This document shows positions 47,720 through 61,413 of a stretch of DNA of 64,000 bases, in pieces (the stretch's first letter is position 1; each line of letters opens with the position of its first letter). Under the pieces are notes generated by a model that was not told the DNA's origin, did not search any database, and was given only the letters and a program-made list of their open reading frames with translations. Location: the NCBI RefSeq assembly GCF_000002075.1, contig NW_004798020.1:44550-108549 (forward strand), written 5' to 3'. A program made the translations under genes and the position numbers. The DNA comes from Aplysia californica (Eukaryota).

Positions 47720-49307
47720 CAGAGCTGTTAAAGTACTTTTTAAAAAGTACTTAAAAATGCAAATTTAAGTACAATCTAAAAAATGTACTTAAGTACAGTA
47801 AGTACTTTCCTGTAAAATGTACTTGAGTACAAGTACTTTTTAAAAAAGTACTTATGAGTACATTTTGAGTACTTTCTGCTAATATGCTAAAACACTTCAG
47901 TGCTAATGCAAAACATCAAATTGAATAACATCCAGTATATTTGATAAATTAGGCCATTTACTACTAAAAATGTCTACTGCATACCAAGCATTTGATTATA
48001 CAATGTACGCACTGAACGTAGGTGGAAATGGTCAGTGAAATTGAACAAAAAAGACAACAAACAGACGCAACTAGTGGGTAAGTGATATTATGAATTATAG
48101 AACTTAATGTTTGAGCAAGACGTGATCAAATGTAAGTCAGTCCAAGAGGTCGGAAAGTTTTACAGGAAAAGTATCCAAATTGGAAAATGTAGATACAAAG
48201 TTGCTCTTAAGAAAACATAAAATGGATGAAAATGGCCAGCATAGAAGTGGAAAAGTGCATTGAACTCTTGATTAACAAATCCTCAATGAATCAATGCAGC
48301 CTTGAGCAAATACCACCGAAAAAAAAGTTTAAAAGAAATTAAGGTAGCCTAAAAAATTGTTAGATCACATTGAGAATACAGTTTCAGTTTCAATTGATTA
48401 TATATTAGTAAGACAGATTTTGGTCACACTCTGAGGTCCACGGCGCCCATGGCAAACCAAAATACATGTAGTTTCCTAGAGTTTAGTGAGTGAGTAGTGT
48501 AACCAAAGATTCTCTACTACAGTAGTCTCCGCCTTAGATCCCAGGGCCCGAAAGCAAGGAAAATATTGGATCTTAGCCGACGAAGCCAAGGAAGAATCTA
48601 CAGTGACCCATTAACTGATGTGACCCCTGGGTGGGTTTATGACATATGGTGAGCAAAGAGTGGTCAACCTTGATGACCAGTCACAGTGGCATGAGGCATG
48701 TCATATATATTGTATATACACATACACTCATTAGCCTTCTATCGTGAGTCTTGAGATCTTTATCTACGTTTATCTAGTTGCCCCTCCCCTTTACCTGTCC
48801 AACAATTTTAGCTTTCCATCTCTGATTGAGTCCCCCCCCGCGCCTTTGTCGTTATGCACCATTATGTTGTGACCACACCAATTAAAATAAACACATCGGT
48901 CAGTTCACACCTTGGTGTGTCCCATCTGGAGCAAACATTGTACCGTTTCATGGAGTTTTACAACACTTGTGATCACATTCACAAGAGTGACTGATCTTAG
49001 ACGCGACAGGCATTTAAATTCTTTGATTTCAACTTTTAACTCTTGCCATGGTTGATCGGCTGTGCTTGTCCGTGTGTTTGTTCCTTAAATTATTATCAGA
49101 AATGCCGGCACTATAATATTACCCCATTAAGCTTCAAAAGTACTCAAAATGTACTTTAAAAATACTCAAAAGTACTTTAATAAAAAGTATCGGAGTACAG
49201 TAAAAGTACTGGTTCTCAAAACTGTACCGGAGTACAGTAAAAGTACCGAAAATTGTAACGTAAGTTCAAAGTACCGGAGTACTTGTACTCCGTTACAACC
49301 AGCTCTG
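47720..49307. mobile_element. Non-autonomous hAT element, 1588 bp, 8-bp TSD, AGTACT subterminal repeats
   Basis: TSD gttatggc at 47712-47719 and 49308-49315. TIR cagagctg/cagctctg. Dense agtact arrays at both ends. Confidence 0.9.
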
Positions 49308-49497
49308 GTTATGGCTAAGTGATAGTGCTCATTGAAACACGGTGGGTCCACCAGAGTTCAAACCGGCCAAATCAACATTTTTAAAACAAAAAAGGCAGAA
49401 AAATATTACTGGCTACATCTATTTAAAATTAATTGCGGTAGCTGCACATGCGGTTCACTCTTATTTAGCCTGAGATTTAAAGGCCACTTTTGTCCTT

Positions 49498-50010
49498 GAA
49501 AGTGGCTATTCTCACCCGCCCGGAAGTTCTCGCAAGATCTACTCCTGCCCTCTTCTCTCTCTCTCTGTCTCTTTCTGAATACTGTCTATTGAGATGAGAC
49601 GGTGTGGACAATCAAATTGACCAAAACAAAGTTAAAAAATGATGTTAAAACACAAAAGTAAATTAAATTGGTTGTCTACAAAGATGCTACGGCTATTTAA
49701 CTTTTCGAATCGAGCCGAACTACGCGGGTCGCCATTTTGTTTTGTTCTCTCTCTCACTCTCTCTCTCTCCACTGCCCACAGACAAAATTGTACGCTTTTA
49801 GTAGGCTACAAGTACAGTTGTAATGGAACGTTTGTTCACAGCACAGAATTCTACAATTTTTCTCTTATCACAGTGTAGAATTCTGTGGTTTAGGGTGAAC
49901 GCAAAATTTGTTGGCCTAGATCTAGGCTATAACGGTGAACGCGCACCGGGTGAGAATAGCCAAAAGACTGGCCTGCACTATTCTCATCCCGGGTGAGAAT
50001 AGAGGTGGCC
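49498..50010. mobile_element. Helentron/HINE-like non-autonomous element
   Basis: Subterminal IR ggctattctcacccg / cgggtgagaatagcc, 3' hairpin ctattctcatcccgggtgagaatag, internal (CT)n, flanked by tttgtcctt repeats. Confidence 0.6.
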
Positions 50011-51792
50011 TTTGTCCTTTGCAATCAGTTTTGTTTCTTATGTAAAAAAAAAAAAGAGGGGGGGGAGGCAATTTCCAAAGAGTCCTGCACGTCGAACACA
50101 AGTGACAAAGTTAATTCACTTCCTTTTTCACTGGTGGGGTACGTCCGAGTATGTCGTGTTATTTTGTGTTTGTTTTACCTCGGCCTGGCCCTGGTCTTAG
50201 CAAACATGCACGGTGTCCATACACACATGATGATGGATATCTCGCTGATACTGATAACCACAGGTCAATTTTCTGTCCACTTACCCCTCTCATGGCACAC
50301 ATTTCTGCTGACAATGGTTGCGTCACGTTTTCATCGCTATCAAAGTTATCATGACCTGTGCAAAGTTATGACTTTCATTTCATTATAAAAATTTGCAGGT
50401 GTAAGGCTTTGTTTACGGTTGCGGAATTGCCCCCGACCTTTGACTGTTGACCCCTGGAGCAGTTCCCGTGCAGCCGTGCAGAGACCGTATGTAGTATGTA
50501 GTATGTATAGCCTAGCCCAGGCAAAAGACCTTGGTTGGACGCTCAGGGATAGAGACCAATTGGTTTCCATGTGCTCCAAAGAACCCCCCCCCCCCCCCCA
50601 AACCGCAACTTCTATTTTTATTACCACTACCATTACCGATTCATTCTCCCAATACATCTGAGAATCCCAGTTCTAATCTTATTCGTTAGGCCTATCCATG
50701 TGTGTGTGTGCTGGGGGGGGGGGGGTAGCCTGGAAGACTCGAAACACTTCAAATATCATCGGATTAATTTGACCTGACTGTTTTCCATTGATCTGAAAAC
50801 CTTTCCTCCATCTGGCAAAACATATAAACTAGTTCAAAATCTCCAAGGGTTTCCTCGAAAAAGTTTATGGTTTATTTTACGTTGTGTGCACGGATTTAAT
50901 ATACCAAGTACTCATGCTTTTATAAACACCGGTATCAATTGCCAAGGGAGGGCACTGTTAGATACGTTTTATTAGGAAGTAAACGGTTGACTGACAGACC
51001 GTGGTAACATCGTCAACAACATCATTGTTCTTCCTTCGATTCCCTCATAAATGTGTTTGTTTAGTTAAATTTAGTTTTTGCTTTGTATTCGGTTCTTTTT
51101 TTCCTTTATTTAAATACTTTTGAACTTTGGGACTTTTCGTTTTCCAGCAGTATTTAGACCCACAGAAAGCAAACAAAATTGTGTTCCAAAGAGCCAGATT
51201 TTGTTTTTCAAAACCTGAACAACAAATTTTACCTAAAAAGTTTAGAATCGAGATCTAGATATCTAAACCTATGACTATGACTCATGACTCATGACCCATA
51301 ACCTCTACCTTGTGATGATAGGGCCTCTGTTCATGTTTCTTATTTAAGTTATTATGATATTTGATCTAATATTATTCATAATATATAATTTGCAACACTC
51401 ATGCTTCTCCATGAGTGAGGAATCCAAGCATAGTACTATGCTATAAATAAATCAGTACAGTATCATAAATTGTCATTCATAGTACAAGAACTGGTGTGGA
51501 ACAGCAAGGTCTAGGTTGAGATCTGATTGACATCAGCAGACCAGGCCAACACAACAATATTTGGGTGTAGGCAGCCATGTTTATATTTGGTGAAACAAGG
51601 ATTTCAATTTTGTCCTCTTGATCTTGTGATAAAACAGGTCAACTGAGTCTGAGTGAACTGGGAACAATTTGGTGTCTAATTGTGAATGGTTTTATAATTA
51701 TTCTCTTACAGTTTCTACCTGACAGAACCTTGTGGTGACTTTGACGAAAGTGAGATTTGTGTAGCAGTGAAATTTTTACAAGAAGGCCCACT

Positions 51793-54415
51793 ATGGATGG
51801 CTCAATATATTTGTGTCTTCTGATTATATTGACTCTGCTGCATTGGCCATCCATCCCAGTCGAATGTTCTCCAGTCTATAAAAGTAAGACAGCAGGTAAT
51901 CCACTCTTGATCGTTTCATTTGATGGATTCAGATGGAATTATTTGCAAAGAACTGCGACTCCAAATTTTGACAAATTTCTCCTCAATGGTGTTCACGCAA
52001 GATATGGCCTGAAAAATGCTTTCATTACCAAAACTTTCCCCAACCATTTTACTCTTGCGACAGGTTTATGGGAAGAAAGCCATGGGATTGTTGCAAACAC
52101 CATGTATGATCCCATCCTTAATCAAAGTTTTACCATGAGGAATGCAACGGCTCAAAGTGATCCGGCCTGGTTCGACGCTGGTGGGGAACCTATCTGGGTT
52201 ACAAATCAAATACAGAAGACAGACGGACGAAGTGGGGTCATGATGTGGGTCGGAGGAGAGGCGCCAGTAAAGTGGGTCTTGCCATCAAGACATGTGCGAT
52301 ATGATGGGAGCATGAAGAACTTTTCAAAAGTCGACACTGTGATCAGTTGGTACCTTGACAAGTATCCTATCAATTTGGGGATGATGTACTTTGACCAACC
52401 TGATGCATATGGCCATGCGTTTGGACCTGATTCAGATGAGGTGACGCGGATGATTGGAGGTCTTGATGAAGTGGTTGGATATTTATTACAACGCCTTGAA
52501 GAAGTTGGTTTATTGGGCAAAATTAACGTCATATTAACGAGTGATCATGGCTTTGCAGAAACACCAAAGAAAAATTTTATCAACTTAGATGATTACATCG
52601 ACCCTGAGACATATGAGATTGCTTCAACCTCACCAGTTGCTGATATTTGGCCTCATGAGGGTAATTATTCAAGCTTTTTATTTATATTAAATACTACTTT
52701 GTCCTCTCCTTCTGCAGTCATATTTAATTTTGTAATTTATTATCTTGTTATATAAAAATCACTTTATTGCTGTCTTTGACATCCATTCTTTAAGTGGCTG
52801 CATTTCATATTTTAAATGTTACTTGTTTTTGTTAGAGAGATTGGATTTAAAAAACTATCCTTCAAAAATAAATATTCAGCCATATTTTAAAATTAATCAA
52901 AACAGTTTGGTCTGTTAGGTGGAAGTTGATGTTTCAAATCTAAGGGGGCTATCTGATTTTCCTCATCCTTTCTGAAATTTTTCTTCTTACCCTGTGTCTA
53001 GGCGAGGAACCATTGAAGGCCCCCTCTGCCTTTGAAATGACAGTTCTCTATGATTCCAAATTGAGTCCTTTCAGTTTTACCTTTACATTGTTATGTTGAG
53101 AGAGCCTTTGTGGGTGAAGATACTGAATTTGGGAAAGATTTACTCATTATGATAATATAAATACAATTTTGTTTTTGTCAAGTAGATTGATTGCAGAATA
53201 GCGCTCACTGATTTTTAGTGTAGAGCATTTCAAGGATATATTAAATTTCTTTTATTTGAGTCAATGTGTTTGAGGATAAAAATGAAGAAAGGATTGCTTG
53301 TATTTGCAGCACAGACTTTACACCGAGTATGAAAGAGAAGTGTTTCAAACTGACTTTCATTCTGGACATGAGATCACGTAGCAATTTAAGAACTGATATT
53401 GATTTGGTGCGCTTTCATTAACGTCTTACTATATATATAGTATAATTGCTGTGACAAAATGACTGACCAAACACTTTTAAGCATGTGAAAGGAAAATGTT
53501 CACGCTATGCCACTATGATTTTCAGGGTTGCTGTGATGATTATATATATATATATTTTGTGAGAAGTGTCCACTGACAACTGTACTCAAAATTTTTTTAA
53601 TGTGCTGCACATATAACTGTTGGATTTTAATATTTTCTCTCAAACTATCCATGTCTTAGTCTTATCTTTTTTTGCTTTTCAAAGGAGATTTTGAAGAGTT
53701 TGATTACTCCCCCCCACCCCCCACCCCCCTCCTATTCTCAGGAAAATTAGAAGAAATCTACATGAAGCTGAAAAAAGGATCGGAAAAATCAGGACACTTT
53801 ACAGTTTTCAAGAAGGAAGAGATTCCAACAGAATTTCATTACACCAAGAACCAGCGGATCCCCCCTATTGTGGTTGTGGCTAAGGACACGTTCTCATTCA
53901 CCATGGCCAAACACCCTTATTACAACAGTGAGTGCTTCTGTTCCATGTTCAGTGTTCTTTTTATGTATTTATTTTGTAGCCCCTTTCATTCAGTTCAATA
54001 GTTAGTATAATTTCACTCGGCTTTTTGGTGTTAATGAAAATAATAATAATAAATGACATTTATATAGCGCTCAACCCTATGTGAAGTAGGTCTACACAGG
54101 CTCTGAGCACTTTACAATTCAATACAACAGTAACATAAAACGTTGTGTTCTGACCAAAAGAAAATGTCCTTAATAAAAATGTTCATCTTATCCATTTAAA
54201 AACAAAAATGACTTCAGCTGACATTTGAATTAATCAAAGGATTTGATCTCTCTTAAACTGCTTGGCAAAGCATTCCAGATCTTGGGGCCTTGATATTCAA
54301 GTGCCCTTTTATTGTTTTTAAATTTCATAGATGGTGAAAGAAATTATTAGCGTTCAACGACCTCTTCTTCACAACCTCATCTCTGCTGTGTTGACGTGCC
54401 TGTAAGAACAGCCAC

Positions 54416-54503
<88 letters not shown>

Positions 54504-56188
54504 CCAACCTGCATTATTTTTTTATATAGATCTAATATATTGACCTTGTCCAAGACGCCCACCTGTCTAAAACAACCACTTTTCTACTCAACAATGGACG
54601 CGATGAATTTCAACTGTATTGTGCTGCTCTTTTACTTGTCATCATCTGCAGAGGGAAACCATGGATTTGACAACCGTCTTCAGGACATGCATCCGTTTTT
54701 CGTGGCCATGGGCCCGGCCTTCAAGAGCGGATATGCCGTGGACACGTTCCACAGCGTGGATGTCTACCCCTTGATGTGCCATCTGCTAGGTCTCGAGCCG
54801 TCCGCCAACAACGGGACTATGGAAGTGGTGTCACAGCTCCTGATGTCCACTCAGGACTCGTCTTCCTCTGTTGTCACATTTACTACGTGTATGTACATAT
54901 ACGTGGAATGAATTAATTGTATTTCTTACCCTAGCATTCCCGGGATTGTTGGGGGGCGGGGTGGGGGGGGGGGGGAGTTGTAGAAAGAATAAATGCTGAC
55001 ATTTTGTGTATATTTTGTAACCACATTTCCTGAGAATGCTAAGTACTTCCTTTACTTTACTTTATGAATTCTCTTTTGTTTTCTTGTTGCATTGTTTATG
55101 CGACATCAGTTTGCCAGGCTAGTCACAGTTTCACCAGAACCCCTTTAGCCAGCAATGTTTCAGGATGACCCGGGTCTGCCTTCATTCGCGGCTAGCGTAA
55201 TGCCTCTATGGCATAAAGTCACACCTCATGCAATGCATATATCAGCATCTGGTTCTGCGTGATTCTGTCATTAGCATATTGTAAATGAACATATCCTTTC
55301 GATTCTTCCATGACACCACAGACATGAATTTCTTTTGCATAAATCATGTGTAATTGCCCATCTTTTGGTTATTTTTCTGGTAAGTTTGTCATGTTTCGAT
55401 TGACATTGAAGGGAAGCTAACTGCGATTATGCTTTTGCCTTTATCTCTCAAGCAAAATTTTATTTTACTCAATGGCTCTTTATCTTCTTGTTTGGAATTT
55501 GTGATTTCTACTCTCCCCCACTTTTGTTTTTATTAGGGTGGTTTCCTTTTACTTTTGCTGCTGAGAGAAACTGTTGGTTTGTTATTCTGGTCGACTACAG
55601 CTTTTTTCTGAGCCTCCTGATATTGGTTAAAGGTAAAGATTTATAAGGTTTGCTATCACAATGTCATGCGAAATACAGCTAAAGAACACTGTGTTAGTCT
55701 TATCTGGAACGCCATGATTTGGAAGAAATGAAATTTTTAAAAATGCAAAATATAGCATATATAAGAACTGTGTTTGTCTTATCTGGGATGTCATGATTTG
55801 AGCTCTGAAAGAAATGAATGGGGGTTTTTTTTCGTACTAGAATGTTTCACATATATTTTTTCTCTGACCTTACAAATTCCACAACTTCCTCTTACCCTTG
55901 AGTTTTCAGTACTCTCTTTTACCCTTGATTTTCCATGTTTCAGACGTGATCGGCATCGTGGTGATATCTTGTGTCGCTGGGCTCTACATGGTGGCTGCCT
56001 GCCGCTACCATCGCTACCTGAGTTTGAAGCGAAAGTCTTACAAACTACTGGCCGAGTCGAGCCTCTCTGCGCGGCCGAGCTCCTCTCTCACCAGCACAGC
56101 TGTGGTTACCGTAGGAACTTCCTCAGACTCCAGAAAGACAAACGAGGCGAAGACGCCACTCTTGGCTGATGTGGATGGCGATAACTGA
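51793..56188 (+). CDS. ENPP5: Ectonucleotide pyrophosphatase/phosphodiesterase (ENPP5/ENPP4-like), type I membrane protein, ~511 aa. Exons 51793-52660, 53742-53927, 54652-54888, 55944-56188
   Basis: Signal peptide; LLIVSFDGFRW; catalytic TKTFPNH; GEPIW; YFDQPDAYGHAFGP; ILTSDHG; GNHGFDN..DMHPFFVAMGPAF; C-terminal TM (VIGIVVISCVAGLYMVAAC). Junctions in frame (1536 nt). ENPP4 versus ENPP5 cannot be resolved. Confidence 0.9.
54039..54315 (-). mobile_element. L2/CR1-group LINE 3' end (tail also at 39183-39345 -, 59891-59975 +)
   Basis: Minus strand reads RALEYQGPKIWNALPSSLREIKSFD*FKCQLK, then the tail gctcagagcct...ggttgagcgctatataaatgtcatttattattatt. Confidence 0.7.
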
Positions 56189-57479
56189 AGACTGTGTTTC
56201 TCTCCCCAAAGTACTTATAAACAGAATGTGCTTTCATTAGCTAGGAATGTTCCACGTGAAGAATGCCAGGGGGATAGCCGCAGTTAATTTTTAGATCACT
56301 TTAAGTTACGCCCCATGTGGGCGCTATGACGTTACAGTTTAACGTAATGCAACATTTTAAAAGGACATAATAAGGAAGGGTCCATGTAAAAATAAAGGGG
56401 GAGGGGGGGGGGGGACTATGATGTACTTTTGAAGTTATGAGGTTCCAAACTTTAAGGCTAAGCTTTCTCAACATCATCAAAATGTCTCTGCTTTTTTCCC
56501 CCTTGGCAGTCTTAGCATGTATAATTTTTAGCAGACAAGAGCTTTGCTCAAAACAATGATTTTTACTCCTCAACACCCCCCCCCCCCCCCCCCCACCCCC
56601 CACAGCCTTGAGGAAAATCAATCAGAACTAAGTGTGCTGTAATCTGGCTCTGTATTGACATCATTCTGGAATAAGACTTATCAGGAAGAGGGATAACTGT
56701 GAATGTTCTATTTTCGTGAGCATTTATTTTGATGGCCCTCCCTTCGCTAAGATTTCGTCCCATCATGAAAGTGGGTCATGAAAGTGGGGCCTTGAGTGAA
56801 GTAACCAAAGCATGGCCTATGGGAATTCTCAATCTTCTTATAAGACCGTAAGCTTTGTCATGTATGTTGGTACAAATTTTAAATACTGACCAATTTTTGC
56901 TAGCCAAGACGGTGCGGCTTCAGTCATTTTACGGTCTCCTTGAAAATTAAGAATTTATGTGATTCGTACATTTCACATTGGCAGATTTGAATCTTTCATC
57001 AGTTTTCTGGTAAAATTTTGTTCAAATCTATTGCAGTGCAGTTATAAAATCACTTGTGGTGCATGTTTTATGGTCACATGGTTACCGAAATTTTCTTATT
57101 TTAAGATATACCTTGTATGCGAGAATGGCATCTTTGCCTCTCAAAACACCTTCTGTTCTTCAAGTATTTATTCGTAATTTTCAAAAACATCTTGACCCAT
57201 GTCGTTGATGGGAATGGGAAGCAACTCTCCCACATTTACCTCCTCCCCCTCCCCATCCCTTTCTTATGGCCTACTCAAAATAAGTTTGCCTTTTTGTGTC
57301 TTTCATTACTGTGTAATGTGATGTGCCATTCTATTTTGAGGTCGCAGAGTCAGTTCCTGGAAGAACGGGAACAGCCATAGCCTTGGGCTTGTCCCACAAG
57401 TGAAGTACGTCTGTTTGTATTGTGTCTTTTGTCAGTTTTGTGAAAGACATTGGAAAAATTTTTCTCTATAAATATATAC

Positions 57480-57915
57480 ATGTGTCACGACGCGGTGGAA
57501 TCAAGCACTCGTCTAATTCATATGGAGTTATTGATATCATGTGAATACTTATTCATTTGCCTTGCTTTTGATGAAAAAAGTACCCTCCTATCTTGAAAAG
57601 AAGTAAAGATATTTTCAATTGAAGAAGGTGAGGTCACCTGGTTTCAGAGGTAAAATAACTAATTAGTGGGAATATAGCTGCCAAAGTTTGGTAATTTCAA
57701 TAGCTTGAGAGTCCTTGAAAACTTAGAAATTTACACATTTTGTGCCTTCGATCTATGTTGTCCAGAAAATGGCTCATGGAAATATGTTTTTATAAGGACA
57801 TAAAAGGCGTTGAGTGAAAAAACAAAAATTTGATAAAAATTTACAATCGGAATAATACTATTTCTCCGATTTCGTTATTTTGACAAGCGCTTGATTTCCC
57901 ACGCTGCGTCTCATA
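57480..57915. mobile_element. MITE family A, full copy (reverse orientation)
   Basis: tgtgtcacgacgcggtggaatcaagcactcgtc ... tgacaagcgcttgatttcccacgctgcgtctcata. Confidence 0.8.
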
Positions 57916-58091
57916 TAGAAGTGTCTGTTACTACTGGCAGAAGACTATAGTTCTGTGTAGAATAATGGACAAAAAATGTAATGTAACGATGCATATTTTT
58001 ACCATATTTTTCATATATCACTCAACTGACAATCTTTTAACGAAGATGGTTCCCATGAAACGAGTTCTTTTTATTAACTTTTCGTGCTGTA

Positions 58092-58180
58092 TACAGTCAA
58101 ACCCTGTTATGCAGCCTACCTTGGGATGAGCAAGAAGATGGCGGTACCACGGGGAAGCGGTACAACAAGGTTCGACTGTA
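58092..58180. mobile_element. Tiny Tigger/pogo-type MITE
   Basis: TA|cagtcaaacc ... ggttcgactg|TA. Confidence 0.6.
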
Positions 58181-58464
58181 CTTCAAAACTATTCAGCTTT
58201 TGTATTATATTGAAATAGATATATATATATATTATGTTTATATGAATATAAGACTTTCACAAGTCAGCAACACAGTTATCTTTCAATGGATTACCCAGTG
58301 AGACATGATGTATAAGCTCCAGTTAGTCTTTCTCCAGCTATGAACTGGGTTGCATAATATTTTTAAATTCATGTTACCATTTTTAAGGGAAATGAAATAC
58401 CAGCAGCTCTCAAGAATTACTGTGCTATTGATAGAAGAAAAACATTTTTGGGGGGTTTTTTTGG

Positions 58465-58975
58465 TAAGTGTTTTACAGCACTGCAACTGCATAAGGTCAT
58501 ATGAGCGTGCGGACACATTAATTTTTTTCAGTTGGTAGGAAATTTTAAATTTTGCCTGGGTGGCGGCGAAAGCCTACTCTTATTAATTTTAGACCACCAT
58601 GGGATCTTTAACACGCGCAACTTGCACATGGGCCTTCCAAGATTTTTCACCCTTGTCCGAGAAGGCTAGGTGTAGATCTTTCCCGCCAGAAGATCAGGGG
58701 TGTGGCTGAAAGACAGCAGTAAGAAGGGGCCAAGAAGTAGCAGTAGAAAGGCTGCAGAAAGAGTCAGGAGCCCAGAGGAGGGGGCAAAGGAGGTGAGGGG
58801 GTGGGGGCAGAAAGAGGAGACGAAAGCAGACGACTGAACATTGCTAGAGAGCAGGAAATGAGGTGAAAGGAGATAATTTTAGAGAAGAAAATTTTTTCGG
58901 TCGCTACCCAGATTCAAACCCGGGACCTTAGAATGAGAGGCCAACACCTTAACCTCCAGGCCATGAGAGCCCCCA
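58465..58975 (-). mobile_element. tRNA-derived SINE (minus strand) sharing the 3' tail of the 15142 SINE
   Basis: Head tggcctggaggttaagg...gggtttgaatctggg (A/B boxes); tail cgctcatatgaccttatgcagttgcagtgctgtaaaac. Confidence 0.7.
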
Positions 58976-60360
58976 TATAAAAAAATCTTATTGTCGGGAA
59001 CTCATCACATTTTCAATTAAAAGGAAATTTATCGACAGTTTTAATGAAATTTACTTACTTCAGTTATACTTAAAAGAAAACTAACAGAAATGAAATATAC
59101 TTATAAATCTTCAATTATATATTTCTGATATTTATAACAGTATCGCAAATACAATCATGTGAAAGCTGCAGAGAGATAAATCAAAGACTAGTGTAAATAG
59201 AAAACTGTGCTCTGAACATTGTGGCAGCAAATGAAAAGGGAAAAATGAAACATTTGTGAGCGCTTGAGCAATGGTACCATTCTTCCATTTGAGATTATAA
59301 CTGTGGTTTGTAATTTTCTTGGCGATGTGTATGCAATTTGGAGCATTCACATAATGACGTCAGTTTTTTGTCCAATGTTACTTTGGATTAACTCGACACT
59401 AAAATTCTTATTGTATTCTAATGCAGAATTTCATGGTGTTCCTTGCAGCAGAATTTTTTTTTTTTTGGTAGTTACATTGATCTTTTAAGAAATTGCTTGC
59501 TATGAGTTTAAAATTAGCATGGAATAGTGTGTTGTTGTCCACGTTAAACCTTGTGTAACTGATAGATTTTGCTGGGTCAGCAAAAGCTGACACGATATAT
59601 AGTCAGTTTAGGCCAGTCCAGTCTTGCCTGGTTGAGGCCAGTGCAGTCATGCTCGGGCGAGGCTGATGTGTAGGCCAGTACATGGAGAAGAATGTCAACA
59701 GACGTATTACTCTAGAAAATAGAAATGGTTGTACTTTTCACTGATTTTATTTTTTTTGTGGTAATAATGTGCATAATAATCAAAGTAAAATTATGATCTC
59801 AAACAGTTGCACGTTCTTGCTGTTGGGCACGGTGCAGCACCCTTTCCTGAGCCAGCGTGACTGTCTTGCTCAAGTTCATACCCAGCATATTGTAAACACT
59901 CAGAGCCTAAGTACTTTATTCGGGGTTGAGCACTATATAAACATGTCATATATTATTATTAATATTATTATTACTACACATTATGTAATAGCAGTTTCAT
60001 GAACGTTGCTGTGCTTTCACTGTGGAACCGTTTTATTTCCACTCACTATCCCTCAGCACATGTATATTTCTGTCTGTCTTCCTTTTCAATGCGTTATAGT
60101 ACCTTTATCACTATGACGTGTTTCGCTTTGCCTCTAACTCAAAACAAACTTACTTCACCAAAATCTCCCTCAATGTCAAAGAGAATTTGGTGTGGTTTAT
60201 CACGATCAAACTGGGTGACGGGAAAACATAACTTAAGAGGAAGAGCACGCATTATATATAATATTTTTTTAACATGTATCATTTTGTCCAGTAAAAATTG
60301 ATTTATTTTTAGATGCATTTGTCATTTTGTACAAATTTTGTCCCAAGTGTGAGTTTAGGG

Positions 60361-60734
60361 CACAGGTGTCAAACTCAAGGCTCACAGACTAAACCCAGCC
60401 AGGCAAATATATTTATGTATATATTCAACCTGCGAAAGAATTTTAGGGAGTCCATCCTGAAAATCTCTAATACAAAACCTTACTCCAAGCATAAACAAAG
60501 TTGTTGCCAAGAAAAGATACCAAACATCCAGCTCTGACTAAGTGGCGTAAGAGCGAGAACTGGCATGCCTTGATTTGTTGATATTTTAACTTTTGTCTGT
60601 TTAATTTAGCGTCATCGATTTGTCTTTTAAAAGTTTAATTTTCCACTGCTGAATAAATGTTCATCCAGTTCGGCCCGGAACTTTGAGTGTAATGTGAATT
60701 TGGTCCCTCTGAGCTGTTGAGTTTGACACCCCTG
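60361..60734. mobile_element. hAT-Charlie-like MITE with 8-bp TSD
   Basis: TSD gtttaggg (60353-60360, 60735-60742). TIR cacaggtgtcaaactc / gagtttgacacccctg. Confidence 0.85.
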
Positions 60735-60830
60735 GTTTAGGGATATTAAAGGATCACTGGTCGACATTTACACTCAGATCTACTAGTAGCTTACTACTAG
60801 TGTGACATTGATTTTGACTGTCTTTTTTAA

Positions 60831-60991
60831 CACTTTGCCGTCACATCTTGCCAATCAGCAAGAACGCCGAACTACCGGCTCGCGTCACAAAACGCAGATC
60901 GGCGATATTTACCTCCCAGGTTCTTTGGATTTCCCCAAAATGCTTGTGATGGCAAGGATTTTTACTATATGAGCCTTGTGATGGCAAAGTG
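60831..60991. mobile_element. piggyBac-like MITE
   Basis: TTAA|cactttgccgtcaca ... tgtgatggcaaagtg|TTAA. Confidence 0.8.
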
Positions 60992-61354
60992 TTAATATTC
61001 TGCAAAGTGATTTGTCTTTTAATTACCTGTTTATATCTGCTGAAGCTTTAAGTATTATTACTATTATTATTATTATTATTATTACTATTACCATTCTTCT
61101 TCTTCTTCTCTTCCTCCTTTTTATTTTTTAAAATACCCACCAAAATCAGCCAGCTGTTACAACCTCGTAAAGTGTGCTGCTCATTTTTTTGGGGGTGTGT
61201 TATGGCAATGACACACAAGTGTTTATGGAGTGCTGGTCATGCTTTTTGCCCTAAATCAGAGAGTATGAGTTTGATTCCTATGTGGTGAGAAGAAAAATTT
61301 TATCCTTTGTCCCTGTCTTTATGCATTGCTATATATATAGGTATATATATTAAA

Positions 61355-61413
<59 letters not shown>

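Noticed and set aside
47720-49307. Autonomous hAT transposase inside the 1.6-kb element
   Set aside because: No long ORF, so the element is non-autonomous.
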